Translations under genes and position numbers: made by a program | DNA from: Acinetobacter sp. | GTDB lineage: Bacteria; Pseudomonadota; Gammaproteobacteria; Pseudomonadales; Moraxellaceae | NCBI RefSeq assembly: GCF_049284435.1 | Contig: NZ_JBAPXX010000043.1 | Location: forward strand, 470 to 64,469 | Reading direction: 5' to 3' | DNA: 64,000 nucleotides | The notes under the pieces: model-generated | The model's input: only the letters and a program-made list of their open reading frames with translations | The model's database searches: none | What the model was told of the DNA's origin: nothing | Shown: positions 33,306-43,094 of the stretch, piece by piece | Numbering within the stretch: position 1 is the stretch's first letter | Layout of the letters: each line of letters opens with the position of its first letter

Positions 33306-33638
33306 ATGGTCGATGATTTCAATAAAAAGCCACCTTTAAATCATCAGGCAGACGTGACGCAAAAAAAACGGATTCCTGTTTATATCTTGATTTTGGTCGG
33401 TATTTTTTTACTCGCACTACTATTCTATATGTTTGCTGACATCAATCCAGATGCGAATGATGCGCCTGCTGGGCATCCAAATCCAAATGTACAGCCTGCT
33501 ACCCCAAATAATTCGACGCCAGTCGGTGAGCCTACACAAGGTACCGCCACCATGAATGATGGAACGGAAGCTACAGCAACCGTGGGTGATGGCACAGAAG
33601 CAACAGCAACTGCGACTGATGGACAGGCGACTCAATAA
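33306..33638 (+). CDS. Single-pass membrane protein with low-complexity P/T/A-rich tail
   Basis: GAGGA Shine-Dalgarno before ATG 33306; one TM segment; repeated DGTEATAT; followed by a terminator. Confidence 0.8.
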   Translation: MVDDFNKKPPLNHQADVTQKKRIPVYILILVGIFLLALLFYMFADINPDANDAPAGHPNPNVQPATPNNSTPVGEPTQGTATMNDGTEATATVGDGTEATATATDGQATQ

Positions 33639-33651
33639 CTGAAAATACCTG

Positions 33652-33682
33652 AAAAGCTCTAGTGAACCACTGGGGCTTTTTT
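33652..33682 (+). terminator. Intrinsic terminator
   Basis: AAAAGCTCTAGTG-AAC-CACTGGGGCTTTTTT. Confidence 0.75.
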
Positions 33683-33839
33683 GCAATGGATGGTGATGTT
33701 TTAAGGTAGTGCCATCTACCTGGCTTGAGTCTGAAAACATCAAATCTAATATGAATCCGGAAGAAGAAGGGGTTGATTGTTTCAGGGAGATGCCCCCGAT
33801 TTCAGATAAATAGCTTAATAACAAAGAGGGTAGAACAAC

Positions 33840-35786
33840 ATGAATGATTATATGAGAAGCCCGCGAGGAGGCTTCGATGCCATGTACTACTGGGATCAGT
33901 TCCATCCCATTCTTAGTGCAATTGCCATATTAGTAATTGGCTGGATCATTGCGTTACTGGTCTCGGCAGGCGTTAAAAAGCTCTTGCAGAAACTGGATAC
34001 CAACACACATTTAAATACGGCGACAGGTCATCACTCCAATGTGGAGAGCATTATCGCCCGCGTCGTGTTCTGGATTATTCTGATTATTGCCGTGATTGGT
34101 GCGCTGAACGTACTTAATCTTACCAGTGTCAGCGGTCCGTTCAGTAATATGATCCAGCAGTTCCTGTTATTTATCCCGCAGTTACTAGGTGCAATTGCAG
34201 TCGGATTCATAGGTTGGATTGTGGCCAATCTGGTCAAGATAGGGCTACAAAAGCTGCTGGACCGAACGCAACTCGATGAAAAACTCAGTGCGGAAGTTGG
34301 TGTCAGCCCGATTAGCCAAAACATCAGTGAAATTGCTTACTGGTTAATTTTATTACTGTTCTTGCCAATCGTGCTGTCTATTCTGGGTCTAAACGGTCTG
34401 TTGTTACCAGTTCAGAATATGTTGACCGATGTGGTGAGTTACTTACCAAATATCTTCATTGCTGCAGTCATCATTTTTGTCGGTTATATCCTAGCGAAAA
34501 TTGTGCGCGGTATTGTTGAAGGACTATTAAACAGTCTGAATGTACAGCAACATGCTGAAAAAGTAGGCATCTTCAAAAACTCGAATGTTTCTCAGGTGAT
34601 TGGTTCATTTATCTTTGCCGTCGTGATCATTACTGCACTGATCATTGCATTTGAAGCATTGGGTATTGAGGCCATTTCTCAGCCTGCTACAGCCATGCTG
34701 TATGAAATCATGAATGCCATTCCGAATATCATCGCTGCTGCGTTGATTCTGATTCTGGCGTATGTGGTTTCTAAACTGGTAGCACGTCTGGTGGTTGAAG
34801 TGGTCGCCGGTACAGGTGTTGATGAAATTCCTGCCAAACTGGATATCCAGCGTTTTTTAGGCACGACTAAACTTTCCAGTGTAGTCGGTTTCCTGATCGT
34901 TTTATTCACCATGCTATTTGCGGTATCTGAAGCAGCGAATCGTCTTGGCTTTGAACAGATCAGTGGTCTGATTGCAATGTTCATCTACTTCGGTGCCAAC
35001 ATCCTGCTTGGTGCGGTAATTCTGGTGATCGGTTTCTGGCTGGCAAATATCGTTGCGAATATCGTACAACGTGGTGAATATAATAGCTCACGCTGGTTAG
35101 CGAATCTGGTTCGTGTCCTGATCATGGGACTGGTTGTGGCAATGGGTCTGCGTGCCATGGGTATTGCCGATTCAATTGTTAACCTGGCATTTGGTTTAAC
35201 CTTGGGTGCTGTAGCAGTGGCATTTGCCTTGGCATTTGGTCTGGGTGGTCGTCAACCTGCGGAGCGTGTACTCACAGATTTGATTGATAAAGCCAAACGA
35301 GAGGCCAAAGAACCCAATCCAGTCAAAGAAAAAGCTGAGAACAGCATATTTTCTGGATTAGGTGGCAAGACCACAGGTACAAGTGCAACCGACATGTCAG
35401 GGACTACAGGTGCGGCGATGGGCGTGACTTCTACAGATAGCTCAATGAGCCAGTCCTCTGGTGGATCGCAAACTGTTACGGGTACTAGCGATTCTTCGAT
35501 CACAACTCCAGGAGCAGGCATCGTGCCAAATCAGGATTCAGACAAGAGTACGCTTATGAGTACGGATTTATCCCATACTACCCCGGCAATCCTTACAACT
35601 GCACCGCAGGATGACGAATCATTGGGTATTGATCCGGTCAATCCGGATGCAGATCAAGCCGTACCGGATTCACTAAAAGTCGATCCGACTCATCCGCCAG
35701 TCAATAATCCATTTGGTTCAACTGGAGAAAAAGAGCCGAATGTCGATATTGATCGTTCTACTCAGAAAAAAGATGACCTGAAATAA
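33840..35786 (+). CDS. CmpX-like mechanosensitive-channel family protein (TM-helix repeats) with disordered C-terminal tail
   Basis: Repeated (Y/F)(L/I)PxxxxA..I...G..IA..V units and ALAFGLGG. Confidence 0.85.
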   Translation: MNDYMRSPRGGFDAMYYWDQFHPILSAIAILVIGWIIALLVSAGVKKLLQKLDTNTHLNTATGHHSNVESIIARVVFWIILIIAVIGALNVLNLTSVSGPFSNMIQQFLLFIPQLLGAIAVGFIGWIVANLVKIGLQKLLDRTQLDEKLSAEVGVSPISQNISEIAYWLILLLFLPIVLSILGLNGLLLPVQNMLTDVVSYLPNIFIAAVIIFVGYILAKIVRGIVEGLLNSLNVQQHAEKVGIFKNSNVSQVIGSFIFAVVIITALIIAFEALGIEAISQPATAMLYEIMNAIPNIIAAALILILAYVVSKLVARLVVEVVAGTGVDEIPAKLDIQRFLGTTKLSSVVGFLIVLFTMLFAVSEAANRLGFEQISGLIAMFIYFGANILLGAVILVIGFWLANIVANIVQRGEYNSSRWLANLVRVLIMGLVVAMGLRAMGIADSIVNLAFGLTLGAVAVAFALAFGLGGRQPAERVLTDLIDKAKREAKEPNPVKEKAENSIFSGLGGKTTGTSATDMSGTTGAAMGVTSTDSSMSQSSGGSQTVTGTSDSSITTPGAGIVPNQDSDKSTLMSTDLSHTTPAILTTAPQDDESLGIDPVNPDADQAVPDSLKVDPTHPPVNNPFGSTGEKEPNVDIDRSTQKKDDLK

Positions 35787-35801
35787 CCTGTTATCTTTAA
35801 G

Positions 35802-35833
35802 CAAAATCGACCACGCTCATGTGGTCGATTTTG
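35802..35833 (+). terminator. Intrinsic terminator
   Basis: CAAAATCGACCAC-GCTCAT-GTGGTCGATTTTG. Confidence 0.7.
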
Positions 35834-35854
35834 TTTAGTCATAAGGAAAAATGA

Positions 35855-36022
35855 ATGAATACCAAAAAACCTAACAAAGTTCTGGCTCCTTTAGTTATTG
35901 CAGGAATTACGATTGGCTTTTTTACCGCTGCCTATCGATTTATTTTTGTGAAGAGCAAACAGGACGAGCAGTCTGAGCGAGGGCTGGATAAGAAAATACC
36001 AGAGACAGACGAATTTAACTGA
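35855..36022 (+). CDS. Small single-TM protein (55 aa), not in ORF track
   Basis: AAGGA Shine-Dalgarno; MNTKKPNKVLAPLVIAGITIGFFTAAYRFIFVKSKQ...DEFN. Confidence 0.7.
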   Translation: MNTKKPNKVLAPLVIAGITIGFFTAAYRFIFVKSKQDEQSERGLDKKIPETDEFN

Positions 36023-36151
36023 GAAGACAATCCTGCTCAGTCACTAGTAATAGAATTTATTTTTTAAAAAATATAGAATATTCAAATGAATACTAAAATA
36101 ATTTTGGTATTTTTCTTGCATTAAAAATATAAAGAAAAGGAGATCAACAAT

Positions 36152-36301
36152 ATGTGGAAAGCACTGCAACATAAATTCATGGCATCTTCAGCAGATAACT
36201 TGCCGCTATGTCTGCGAGAAGCGCAAAAAATGCAGCTGACGATTGACCGTTTAACAAATACGGCCAATCTCAACCTGTTTAAAACAGACTATCTGGAATG
36301 A
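36152..36301 (+). CDS. Small hypothetical protein (49 aa), not in ORF track
   Basis: Strong AAGGAG Shine-Dalgarno; MWKALQHKFMASSADNLPLCLREAQKMQLTIDRLTNTANLNLFKTDYLE. Confidence 0.65.
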   Translation: MWKALQHKFMASSADNLPLCLREAQKMQLTIDRLTNTANLNLFKTDYLE

Positions 36302-36330
36302 GTTAAGTAGCAATCCAGATTATCTATTGA

Positions 36331-37530
36331 TTAAATATATTCCGATGCGGCATGTGCCGATGACCATGCCCATTGGAAGTTATAGCCGCCTAAATGTCCG
36401 GTGACATCCAGTACTTCACCAATAAAATACAAGCCTTTCTGCTTTTTACTTTCCATGGTTTTTGAGGATATTTCCGTGGTGTCTACACCACCCAAAGTCA
36501 CCTCCGCTGTACGGTAGCCCTCAGTTCCTGAAGGTTTCACTTCAAAGCCATGCAGACGTGCCGCAATCTGTTCCAGCTTGTCATCACTGATATTACCAAT
36601 GGCAGTTTCAGCGCTTTCAGTCCAGATCAGACTTTGTAATTCAGCCACCACACTTTTCGGTAAATATTCATTCAGTAGTGTGCGTAACAAGACTTTGGGC
36701 TGACTTTGTTTTTTCGTTTTAAAGAAATCCAGTAAATCTACGCTCGGTAAGAAATCGACCTTAAAGCTCTGACCGACATTCCAGTAATTGGAAAGTTGCA
36801 GGGAACTTGGCCCACTCAAACCGCGATGGGTAAACAGTAGTGCTTCGGTAAAACTATTAAGCTCATTGGAGAGTGTTGCTTCTACGGCATTTCCGCTTAA
36901 GCGCGTGGTGACTTCTTTAAATCCGTCAGAGAAGGTAAATGGAACCAGTCCGGCACGGGTTGGATAGACGTGATGTCCAAACTGTTTTGCAATCTCATAG
37001 CCAATGCCTGAACCGCCAAGCGTAGGAATCGATAAACCACCGGATGCCACGACTACAGATTCAACTTCAAAATATCCCAGTGAGGTCGCCACCTGAAAGC
37101 CTTGATCATCGACTGGATTGACTGCTTTCACTTCGCAGCTGGTTTTAATATCAACCAGACCAGTTTTGTCACATTCCGCCAGTAGCATAGACAAGATATC
37201 TTTTGCACCATTTAAGGTAAACAGCTGTCCATGTTTGCGCTCTTCATAATCAATACCATATTCACAAACCAAGCCGATAAAGTCCCAGTTGGTATAACGC
37301 GTTAAAGCTGAAATCACAAAATGTGGATTGTGTGAAATATAATTGCTCGGTTCGACTTCCAGATTGGTGAAATTACATTTACCACCGCCAGACATCAGGA
37401 TTTTTTTGCCAATCTTATTGGCTTTTTCCACCACCACGACTTTGCGCCCACGTTGCGCAGCCATATACGCCGTCATTAAACCTGAGGCGCCGGCGCCTAT
37501 GACTAGAACATCGTATTGCTTGGAAGACAT
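36331..37530 (-). CDS. HI0933/YhiN-family flavoprotein
   Basis: GAGASG, KILMSGGGKCNFTN, LFTHRGLSGP, VTLGGV, GGYNFQWA. Confidence 0.92.
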   Translation of the reverse strand: MSSKQYDVLVIGAGASGLMTAYMAAQRGRKVVVVEKANKIGKKILMSGGGKCNFTNLEVEPSNYISHNPHFVISALTRYTNWDFIGLVCEYGIDYEERKHGQLFTLNGAKDILSMLLAECDKTGLVDIKTSCEVKAVNPVDDQGFQVATSLGYFEVESVVVASGGLSIPTLGGSGIGYEIAKQFGHHVYPTRAGLVPFTFSDGFKEVTTRLSGNAVEATLSNELNSFTEALLFTHRGLSGPSSLQLSNYWNVGQSFKVDFLPSVDLLDFFKTKKQSQPKVLLRTLLNEYLPKSVVAELQSLIWTESAETAIGNISDDKLEQIAARLHGFEVKPSGTEGYRTAEVTLGGVDTTEISSKTMESKKQKGLYFIGEVLDVTGHLGGYNFQWAWSSAHAASEYI

Positions 37531-37717
37531 CACACACTCAAGGGAGAAGAAAAGGGAAGCATTATAGACAATTTTATTTCAGCTTTCTCTATTCCAGAAA
37601 AATCAGTTCCGTGATTGCAGATTTGCAGTGGATTTTAAACATAAAATATTTGAAAGCTGTTTAAAACTCATGCATAGTTTTTGTACAAACTAAAAACATA
37701 ATAACAAGGAAAAGCGA

Positions 37718-38041
37718 ATGGCAAGCGCGGAAGATTTAAAACAATATAATCTCATTACGTATGTTCTTTATATTTTAGGATTTTTTCTTGGTCTTACCCC
37801 ATTTATTGCGATTGTGATGAATTATATCAAGCGTGATGAAATGCGCGGAACCTGGCTGGAAAGTCATGTCGACTGGCAAATTAAAACCTTCTGGATCAGT
37901 TTGCTGGGTTATATCGTCGGTGGCTTATTAACTGTGATCTTGATTGGCTTCCTGATCGTATTTCTGGTCTTTATCTGGCATATCTACCGCTTGGTCAAAG
38001 GGTTAATTGCCTTAAATAACAATCAACCGATTCAAGCTTAA
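37718..38041 (+). CDS. DUF4870-like small membrane protein
   Basis: Three TM segments; SHVDWQIKTFW; YRLVKG. Confidence 0.8.
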   Translation: MASAEDLKQYNLITYVLYILGFFLGLTPFIAIVMNYIKRDEMRGTWLESHVDWQIKTFWISLLGYIVGGLLTVILIGFLIVFLVFIWHIYRLVKGLIALNNNQPIQA

Positions 38042-38919
38042 GTTGCTATAAAATCAAAGGAAATATTACGGCCTTGCAGACCACCACTATGAATTACCAG
38101 CAGTTTTGATCCAGCCGGAAAATAATTTTTCTCAATCAAATCAAAAATCCCCATCAACATTTTAGCGGTATAGACCTGCTCCAGTGGAATCATAAATTCG
38201 GCTTCAAAATCCCGGATAAACTGCATCAAGGCTGCACTGGTTTTGGCATAGCCACCACAGCAATAATCATCAAGAATGTTCCAGTTGGTTTTTTTCGTTA
38301 GTTGGGCGACTTCATCTTTTAAAAATGAACCTTTCAGCGCAGAAAATCCCAAAAGCTGTTGATGAGCATGACTAGCCTTAATCAAACCTGTAATCGTTCC
38401 GCCAGTGCCTACTGCACAACAAATGACATCAAATTGCGCATCGCCATATTTTAATATCTCCTGACAACCTTGAATCGCTAAAGCATTGGTTCCACCTTCA
38501 GGAATAATATAATGATTAGGAAATTGTCGAGCGAGTTCAGTTAAATACTCAAGCTGTTGCTTGCGCCGATATTCATCACGACTGACGAAATGCAATTGCA
38601 TCCCGAATTGTTGGGCGGTGGCGAGCGTTGGATTCAATGGTCGATCAGCCAGTTCCTCACCCCGAATCACTCCAACACTCTGAAAACCAAACTGCTGTGC
38701 GGCAAATGCAGTAGCGGCAATATGATTGGAATAAGCACCTCCAAAACTCAGAATATGCTGATAACCCTGTCTTTTTGCTTCAAGAAAATTGTATTTCAGT
38801 TTAAAAAACTTATTGCCCGAAATTTGCGGATGCACCAGATCCAGACGACGTATTGTTAAAGTAATATCGTGAAAATTAATCTGTTGATCTAGAATATTTT
38901 GAGCAATGGTTTCGAACAT
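38038..38919 (-). CDS. PLP-dependent ACC deaminase/D-cysteine desulfhydrase family protein
   Basis: SGNKFFKL, GGAYSNH, IPEGG, GTGGT, VYTAK, HSGGLQG. Confidence 0.92.
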   Translation of the reverse strand: MFETIAQNILDQQINFHDITLTIRRLDLVHPQISGNKFFKLKYNFLEAKRQGYQHILSFGGAYSNHIAATAFAAQQFGFQSVGVIRGEELADRPLNPTLATAQQFGMQLHFVSRDEYRRKQQLEYLTELARQFPNHYIIPEGGTNALAIQGCQEILKYGDAQFDVICCAVGTGGTITGLIKASHAHQQLLGFSALKGSFLKDEVAQLTKKTNWNILDDYCCGGYAKTSAALMQFIRDFEAEFMIPLEQVYTAKMLMGIFDLIEKNYFPAGSKLLVIHSGGLQGRNISFDFIAT

Positions 38920-39099
38920 AAAAGCTAACCAATTTCATGATTGAGGCATTATAGTGGAAGTACTAAAAATCAGAGCTTTTCAATAAGCCATTATTCGCTG
39001 AGAGCTATGGAATTGGTTGTAGATTGTCACAAATATTCTGCTGATTATTTAAACAATAATGCTAATCTAAACATAGGAAACCCTGAGGAGGGTAGAATA

Positions 39100-39282
39100 A
39101 TGAAAATATTATCCTATGCTGTATTGGTCGGCATGCTGCTCAGTCTGTCGGGCTGTGATGATGCGATGAATAAGCCTAAAACAGAAACCCGTACCATGAT
39201 AATTGGTGGTGTACCTGTATATGAGCAGGATTATAAACTGCTAGACAAACATTTGAGTGCTCAGGATCAGTTGAAACCTTAA
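39100..39282 (+). CDS. Small lipoprotein (60 aa)
   Basis: GAGGAGG Shine-Dalgarno; MKILSYAVLVGMLLSLSGC lipobox. Confidence 0.8.
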   Translation: MKILSYAVLVGMLLSLSGCDDAMNKPKTETRTMIIGGVPVYEQDYKLLDKHLSAQDQLKP

Positions 39283-39385
39283 GTAATTGCAATAGTTAAA
39301 ATTAGTGACAAATCCAGAAATTTTTACAGCAAATCGTCAGGTTTTTGCTTAAAATAGCCCTTCAATTTTTAAGTCAGGTTATCTC

Positions 39386-40009
39386 GTGGAATCATTCTGG
39401 ATTTTAGGTTCGATTGCTTTTGCCCTGATGTTAGGTGCAATGAGCCCCGGGCCGACTTCTATTTATGTAGCAAAAAATTCAATTGCCATTTCACGTAAAC
39501 ACGGTTTATTTACTGCATTGGGTACTGGTCTCGGTGCAGCGATTTTTGGTCTGCTGGCGGTTCTCGGTTTACAGGCATTTTTACTGGCAGTACCTTCGGC
39601 TTATCTGGCCTTAAAAATTTGTGGTGGTTTATATTTACTTTGGCTGGCTTTTAAAATTATTAAACATGCCAAAGATCCGATTGAAGCGGATACAACCATT
39701 AGCAAACAGATGTCTTTACGCCGTGCTTTTACCACCGGTTTAATCACACAGTTGTCCAATCCAAAAATTGCAATTGTGCTAGCCAGTATTTTTACCGCGT
39801 TATTGCCCAAAGAAATTCCAACGTATTTTTATTTTGTTTTGCCAATTCTATGTTTCTTTATTGATGCTGGCTGGTGTTCACTGGTCGCAGTTGCACTTTC
39901 TGCGGAAAAGCCACGTCGTGTTTATTTGAAGTTTAAGGCTTTGTTTGACCGCGCAGCAGGCGCAGTTATGACGGTACTTGGCTTAAAACTGATCTTTGGG
40001 ATGAAATAA
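39386..40009 (+). CDS. LysE/RhtB family exporter
   Basis: SPGP, GGLYLLWL, LSNPK. Confidence 0.92.
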   Translation: MESFWILGSIAFALMLGAMSPGPTSIYVAKNSIAISRKHGLFTALGTGLGAAIFGLLAVLGLQAFLLAVPSAYLALKICGGLYLLWLAFKIIKHAKDPIEADTTISKQMSLRRAFTTGLITQLSNPKIAIVLASIFTALLPKEIPTYFYFVLPILCFFIDAGWCSLVAVALSAEKPRRVYLKFKALFDRAAGAVMTVLGLKLIFGMK

Positions 40010-40113
40010 ATAAAAAACAAAATATTAAAAATTTTGTTTAATTTTTGTTTAATCGTTTACTAATATTGTTATTATTCCTTGATTTTTAAACTATTAAATA
40101 TCAGAGGGATGAT

Positions 40114-40794
40114 ATGTCTAATAAAAGATTGTTAATTGCTGCTTTTGGGTGTTTGACGTTTACTGCCTGTTCTACTACAGAGACTTCTAAAACGATTCAA
40201 GCTCCACAAGTAACCGCTGCGACTGCGACTGCGACTGTTAAATATAATGGTGTTAAAACTCCGGTATCAATTGGTAAGTTTGATAACCGTTCGAGTTATA
40301 TGCGAGGTATTTTTTCAGACAATGTTGATCGTTTGGGTGGTCAAGCTAAGACTATTTTAGAAACACATTTACAGCAATCTGGTTATTTTTCTGTCCTTAA
40401 TCGAGATAACTTGTCTGAACTTCAACAAGAGTCTGGCTTTAATAAAACATCACAATCTATTAAAGGTGCACGTTATGTACTTACAGGTGATGTATCTGAA
40501 TTTGGCCGTAAAGAAGTTGGTGATCATCAATTTTTTGGTGTATTGGGCCGTGGTAAAACTCAAATTGCTTATGCCAAGGTAAATTTAAATATTGTAGATG
40601 TAAAAACAGCTGAAGTAGTTCATTCCGTTCAAGGAGCAGGTGAGTATGCACTGAGTGAGCGAGAAGTGCTAGGTTTTGGTTCATCAGCTTCTTATGATTC
40701 AACACTTAATGGGAAAGTTTTAGATTTGGCTGTACGTGAAGCAGTGAATAATCTTGTACTCGATATTCAAACCAATAAATGGTCTAACAAATAA
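40114..40794 (+). CDS. CsgG/HfaB-family lipoprotein
   Basis: Lipobox FTAC; FDNRS, FSVLNRDNLSELQQE, GDVSEFGR, VNLNIVDVKT. Confidence 0.85.
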   Translation: MSNKRLLIAAFGCLTFTACSTTETSKTIQAPQVTAATATATVKYNGVKTPVSIGKFDNRSSYMRGIFSDNVDRLGGQAKTILETHLQQSGYFSVLNRDNLSELQQESGFNKTSQSIKGARYVLTGDVSEFGRKEVGDHQFFGVLGRGKTQIAYAKVNLNIVDVKTAEVVHSVQGAGEYALSEREVLGFGSSASYDSTLNGKVLDLAVREAVNNLVLDIQTNKWSNK

Positions 40795-40806
40795 TAGGTT
40801 TGAAGC

Positions 40807-41184
40807 ATGAAAAAATTATTCCTATTAGTGGGATGCTTAGTTTCACTAAGTTTAGTAGGGTGTGTAAGCGCACCAAAATCACTATACAGCTGGGGACAAT
40901 ATCCACAGCAAACATATTTACTTTTAACTGTTCCAGAAAAGGTTTCTCCGCAAGAGCAGATTGTTAAACTTGAAAAAGATATTGAAAAAGCGAAAGCAAA
41001 AAATGCGGCAGTTCCACCAGGTCTATATGCACATTTAGGTTTGTTAAACCTCAATATTAATAATGGCCCACGTGCAATTGAATACTTTGAATTAGAACGA
41101 CAAGTTTATCCTGAGTCAACTATCTTAATGGATCGTTTATTGCAAAAAATGACAGGTGCAAGTGTGATGGGAGCGAAAAAATGA
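40807..41184 (+). CDS. DUF4810-like lipoprotein
   Basis: Lipobox LVGC; LYSWGQY, VPPGLYAHLG, FELERQVYPES. Confidence 0.82.
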   Translation: MKKLFLLVGCLVSLSLVGCVSAPKSLYSWGQYPQQTYLLLTVPEKVSPQEQIVKLEKDIEKAKAKNAAVPPGLYAHLGLLNLNINNGPRAIEYFELERQVYPESTILMDRLLQKMTGASVMGAKK

Positions 41185-41855
41185 AAAATCTGAAACATTT
41201 ATTCGCTTTAAGTGCAGTAGCAATTTTATTTACAGGTTGTACTATGGCACCTCAAAACACGCGTGATTTGAGCAGCTATACAGCCCATATGCCAAAATCT
41301 ATTCTGGTAATGCCACCTGTAAATGAATCACCGGATACGCGAGCACCTTATAGTTATTGGTCAACAGTAACAGTTCCAATTGCGGAAGCTGGTTATTATG
41401 TTTTCCCAATAAGCGTAGTTGATACTATGTTTAAAGAAAATGGTGTCTACAATGGTTCTGATGCACAGATGGTGAGTCCACAAAAATTAAAGGAAATTTT
41501 CGGTGCAGACGCAGCACTTTATATTAAAGTAAAGGAATACGGTTCTAAGTATCAAGTAATTCAAACTGTAGCAACAGTCGCAGTTGAAGCAAAACTGGTT
41601 GATCTGAAAACAGGTGAATTACTTTGGGAAGGGACGGAGAAACAACAGCTTGCTAATAATAATAGTAATGCAGGATTGGTTGGCATGTTAGTGGGAGCTT
41701 TAGTAGATCAAATATCTAATCATCTAAGTGATAAAGCATATGTATTATCAGGAACAGTTAGTCATTTACTATATACACCTCGTTTGCCACAACAGAAGGG
41801 TTTGCTATATGGACCTCGCTCACTACATTTTGCGCAAAACTCATTAAATCCTTAA
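41181..41855 (+). CDS. DUF799 (GNA1162-like) lipoprotein
   Basis: Lipobox FTGC; PKSILVMPPVNES, EAGYYVFP, FGADAALY. Confidence 0.85.
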   Translation: MKNLKHLFALSAVAILFTGCTMAPQNTRDLSSYTAHMPKSILVMPPVNESPDTRAPYSYWSTVTVPIAEAGYYVFPISVVDTMFKENGVYNGSDAQMVSPQKLKEIFGADAALYIKVKEYGSKYQVIQTVATVAVEAKLVDLKTGELLWEGTEKQQLANNNSNAGLVGMLVGALVDQISNHLSDKAYVLSGTVSHLLYTPRLPQQKGLLYGPRSLHFAQNSLNP

Positions 41856-41868
41856 TGCTATACGCTAT

Positions 41869-41899
41869 AAAAAAGCCCCTAGTCGTAGAGGCTTTTTTT
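41869..41899. terminator. Bidirectional terminator (repeat family copy 1)
   Basis: AAAAAAGCCCCTA-GTCG-TAGAGGCTTTTTTT. Confidence 0.8.
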
Positions 41900-41906
41900 A
41901 TATCAA

Positions 41907-43094
41907 TTAAAAAGTATTTTCTTCCGAATTAGCAGAAATACGATGAATCGACAAGTCTGCACCGTTGAACTCTTCTTCCTCAGTCAGGCGAATACCCATC
42001 AAAACCTTAAGCAGGCCATACACCAAAAAACCACCCGCCAAAGCAATGACAATCGCCAGCACTGTACCTATGAGTTGTGAAATTAAAGAAACTCCTCCCA
42101 TTCCTCCAAGCCATTGCTGACCGAAAATACCCACAGCTAATCCGCCAAAAGCACCACAAACGCCATGTAAAGGCCAGACTCCCAATACATCATCCACTCT
42201 GAGTTTATTTTGGGTATAGGTAAATAATTTCACAAAAATAATACCGGCGCTGATCCCGATAAAAAAAGCACCCAACGGATGAACGACGTCTGATCCGGCA
42301 CAAATCGCCACCAGACCTGCTAAGGGACCATTATGCAGGAAGCCCGGGTCATCTTTCCCCGCAACTTTGGCTGCTATTGTTCCACCGACCATGGCCATCA
42401 AGGAATTAATGGCGACCAGTCCAGAAATGGCATCCAGCCGCTGCGCGCTCATTACATTGAAACCGAACCATCCAACAATCAGAATCCAGGAACCTAAAGC
42501 CAAAAAAGGAATCGATGAAGGAGGATGCGCGGTGATCCGGCCATCTTTTTTGTAACGGCCATGACGCGCACCAAGTAGGATTATTGCGGCAAGTGCAATC
42601 CAGCCGCCCATTGCATGAACGACAACTGAACCGGCAAAATCATGAAAACTGGCACCAAATGTATGGGCCAGCCAATCCTGAAAACCAAGGTTGCCATTCC
42701 AGATCATACCTTCAAAAAAAGGATAGATTAGCGCAACCAGGAATAGGGTGGCTAAAGCCTGTGAACGCATTTTGGCACGCTCTGCAATTCCTCCAGAGAT
42801 AATCGCCGGAATTGCTGCGGCAAAGGTCAACAGGAAAAAACAGCGCATCAGATTGTAGCCATGATCGGCAGACAAGGTTGAAGCATCATGGAAAAAGTGC
42901 TGACCGTAGGCAATATAGTAGCCCACTAAAAAATAGGCGATCGCAGAAATGGCAAAGTCGGTTAGAATTTTACTTAAGGCATTGACCTGGTTTTTATGTC
43001 GAACTGTTCCAAGCTCTAAAAAAGCAAATCCAGCATGCATGGCAAGCACTAGAACTGCACCGAGAAGAAGAAATAATAAGTCTATATTTTGCAT
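41907..43094 (-). CDS. Ammonium transporter (Amt family, no adjacent glnK)
   Basis: AGFAFLE, DFAGSVVVH, GWFGFN, DDVLGVWPLHG; start moved to MQNIDLL. Confidence 0.93.
   Translation of the reverse strand: MQNIDLLFLLLGAVLVLAMHAGFAFLELGTVRHKNQVNALSKILTDFAISAIAYFLVGYYIAYGQHFFHDASTLSADHGYNLMRCFFLLTFAAAIPAIISGGIAERAKMRSQALATLFLVALIYPFFEGMIWNGNLGFQDWLAHTFGASFHDFAGSVVVHAMGGWIALAAIILLGARHGRYKKDGRITAHPPSSIPFLALGSWILIVGWFGFNVMSAQRLDAISGLVAINSLMAMVGGTIAAKVAGKDDPGFLHNGPLAGLVAICAGSDVVHPLGAFFIGISAGIIFVKLFTYTQNKLRVDDVLGVWPLHGVCGAFGGLAVGIFGQQWLGGMGGVSLISQLIGTVLAIVIALAGGFLVYGLLKVLMGIRLTEEEEFNGADLSIHRISANSEENTF

Noticed and set aside
40217..40237. (CTGCGA)x3 tandem repeat in the csgG-like gene
   Set aside because: In-frame 6-bp repeat encoding an Ala-Thr linker; it cannot cause phase variation.
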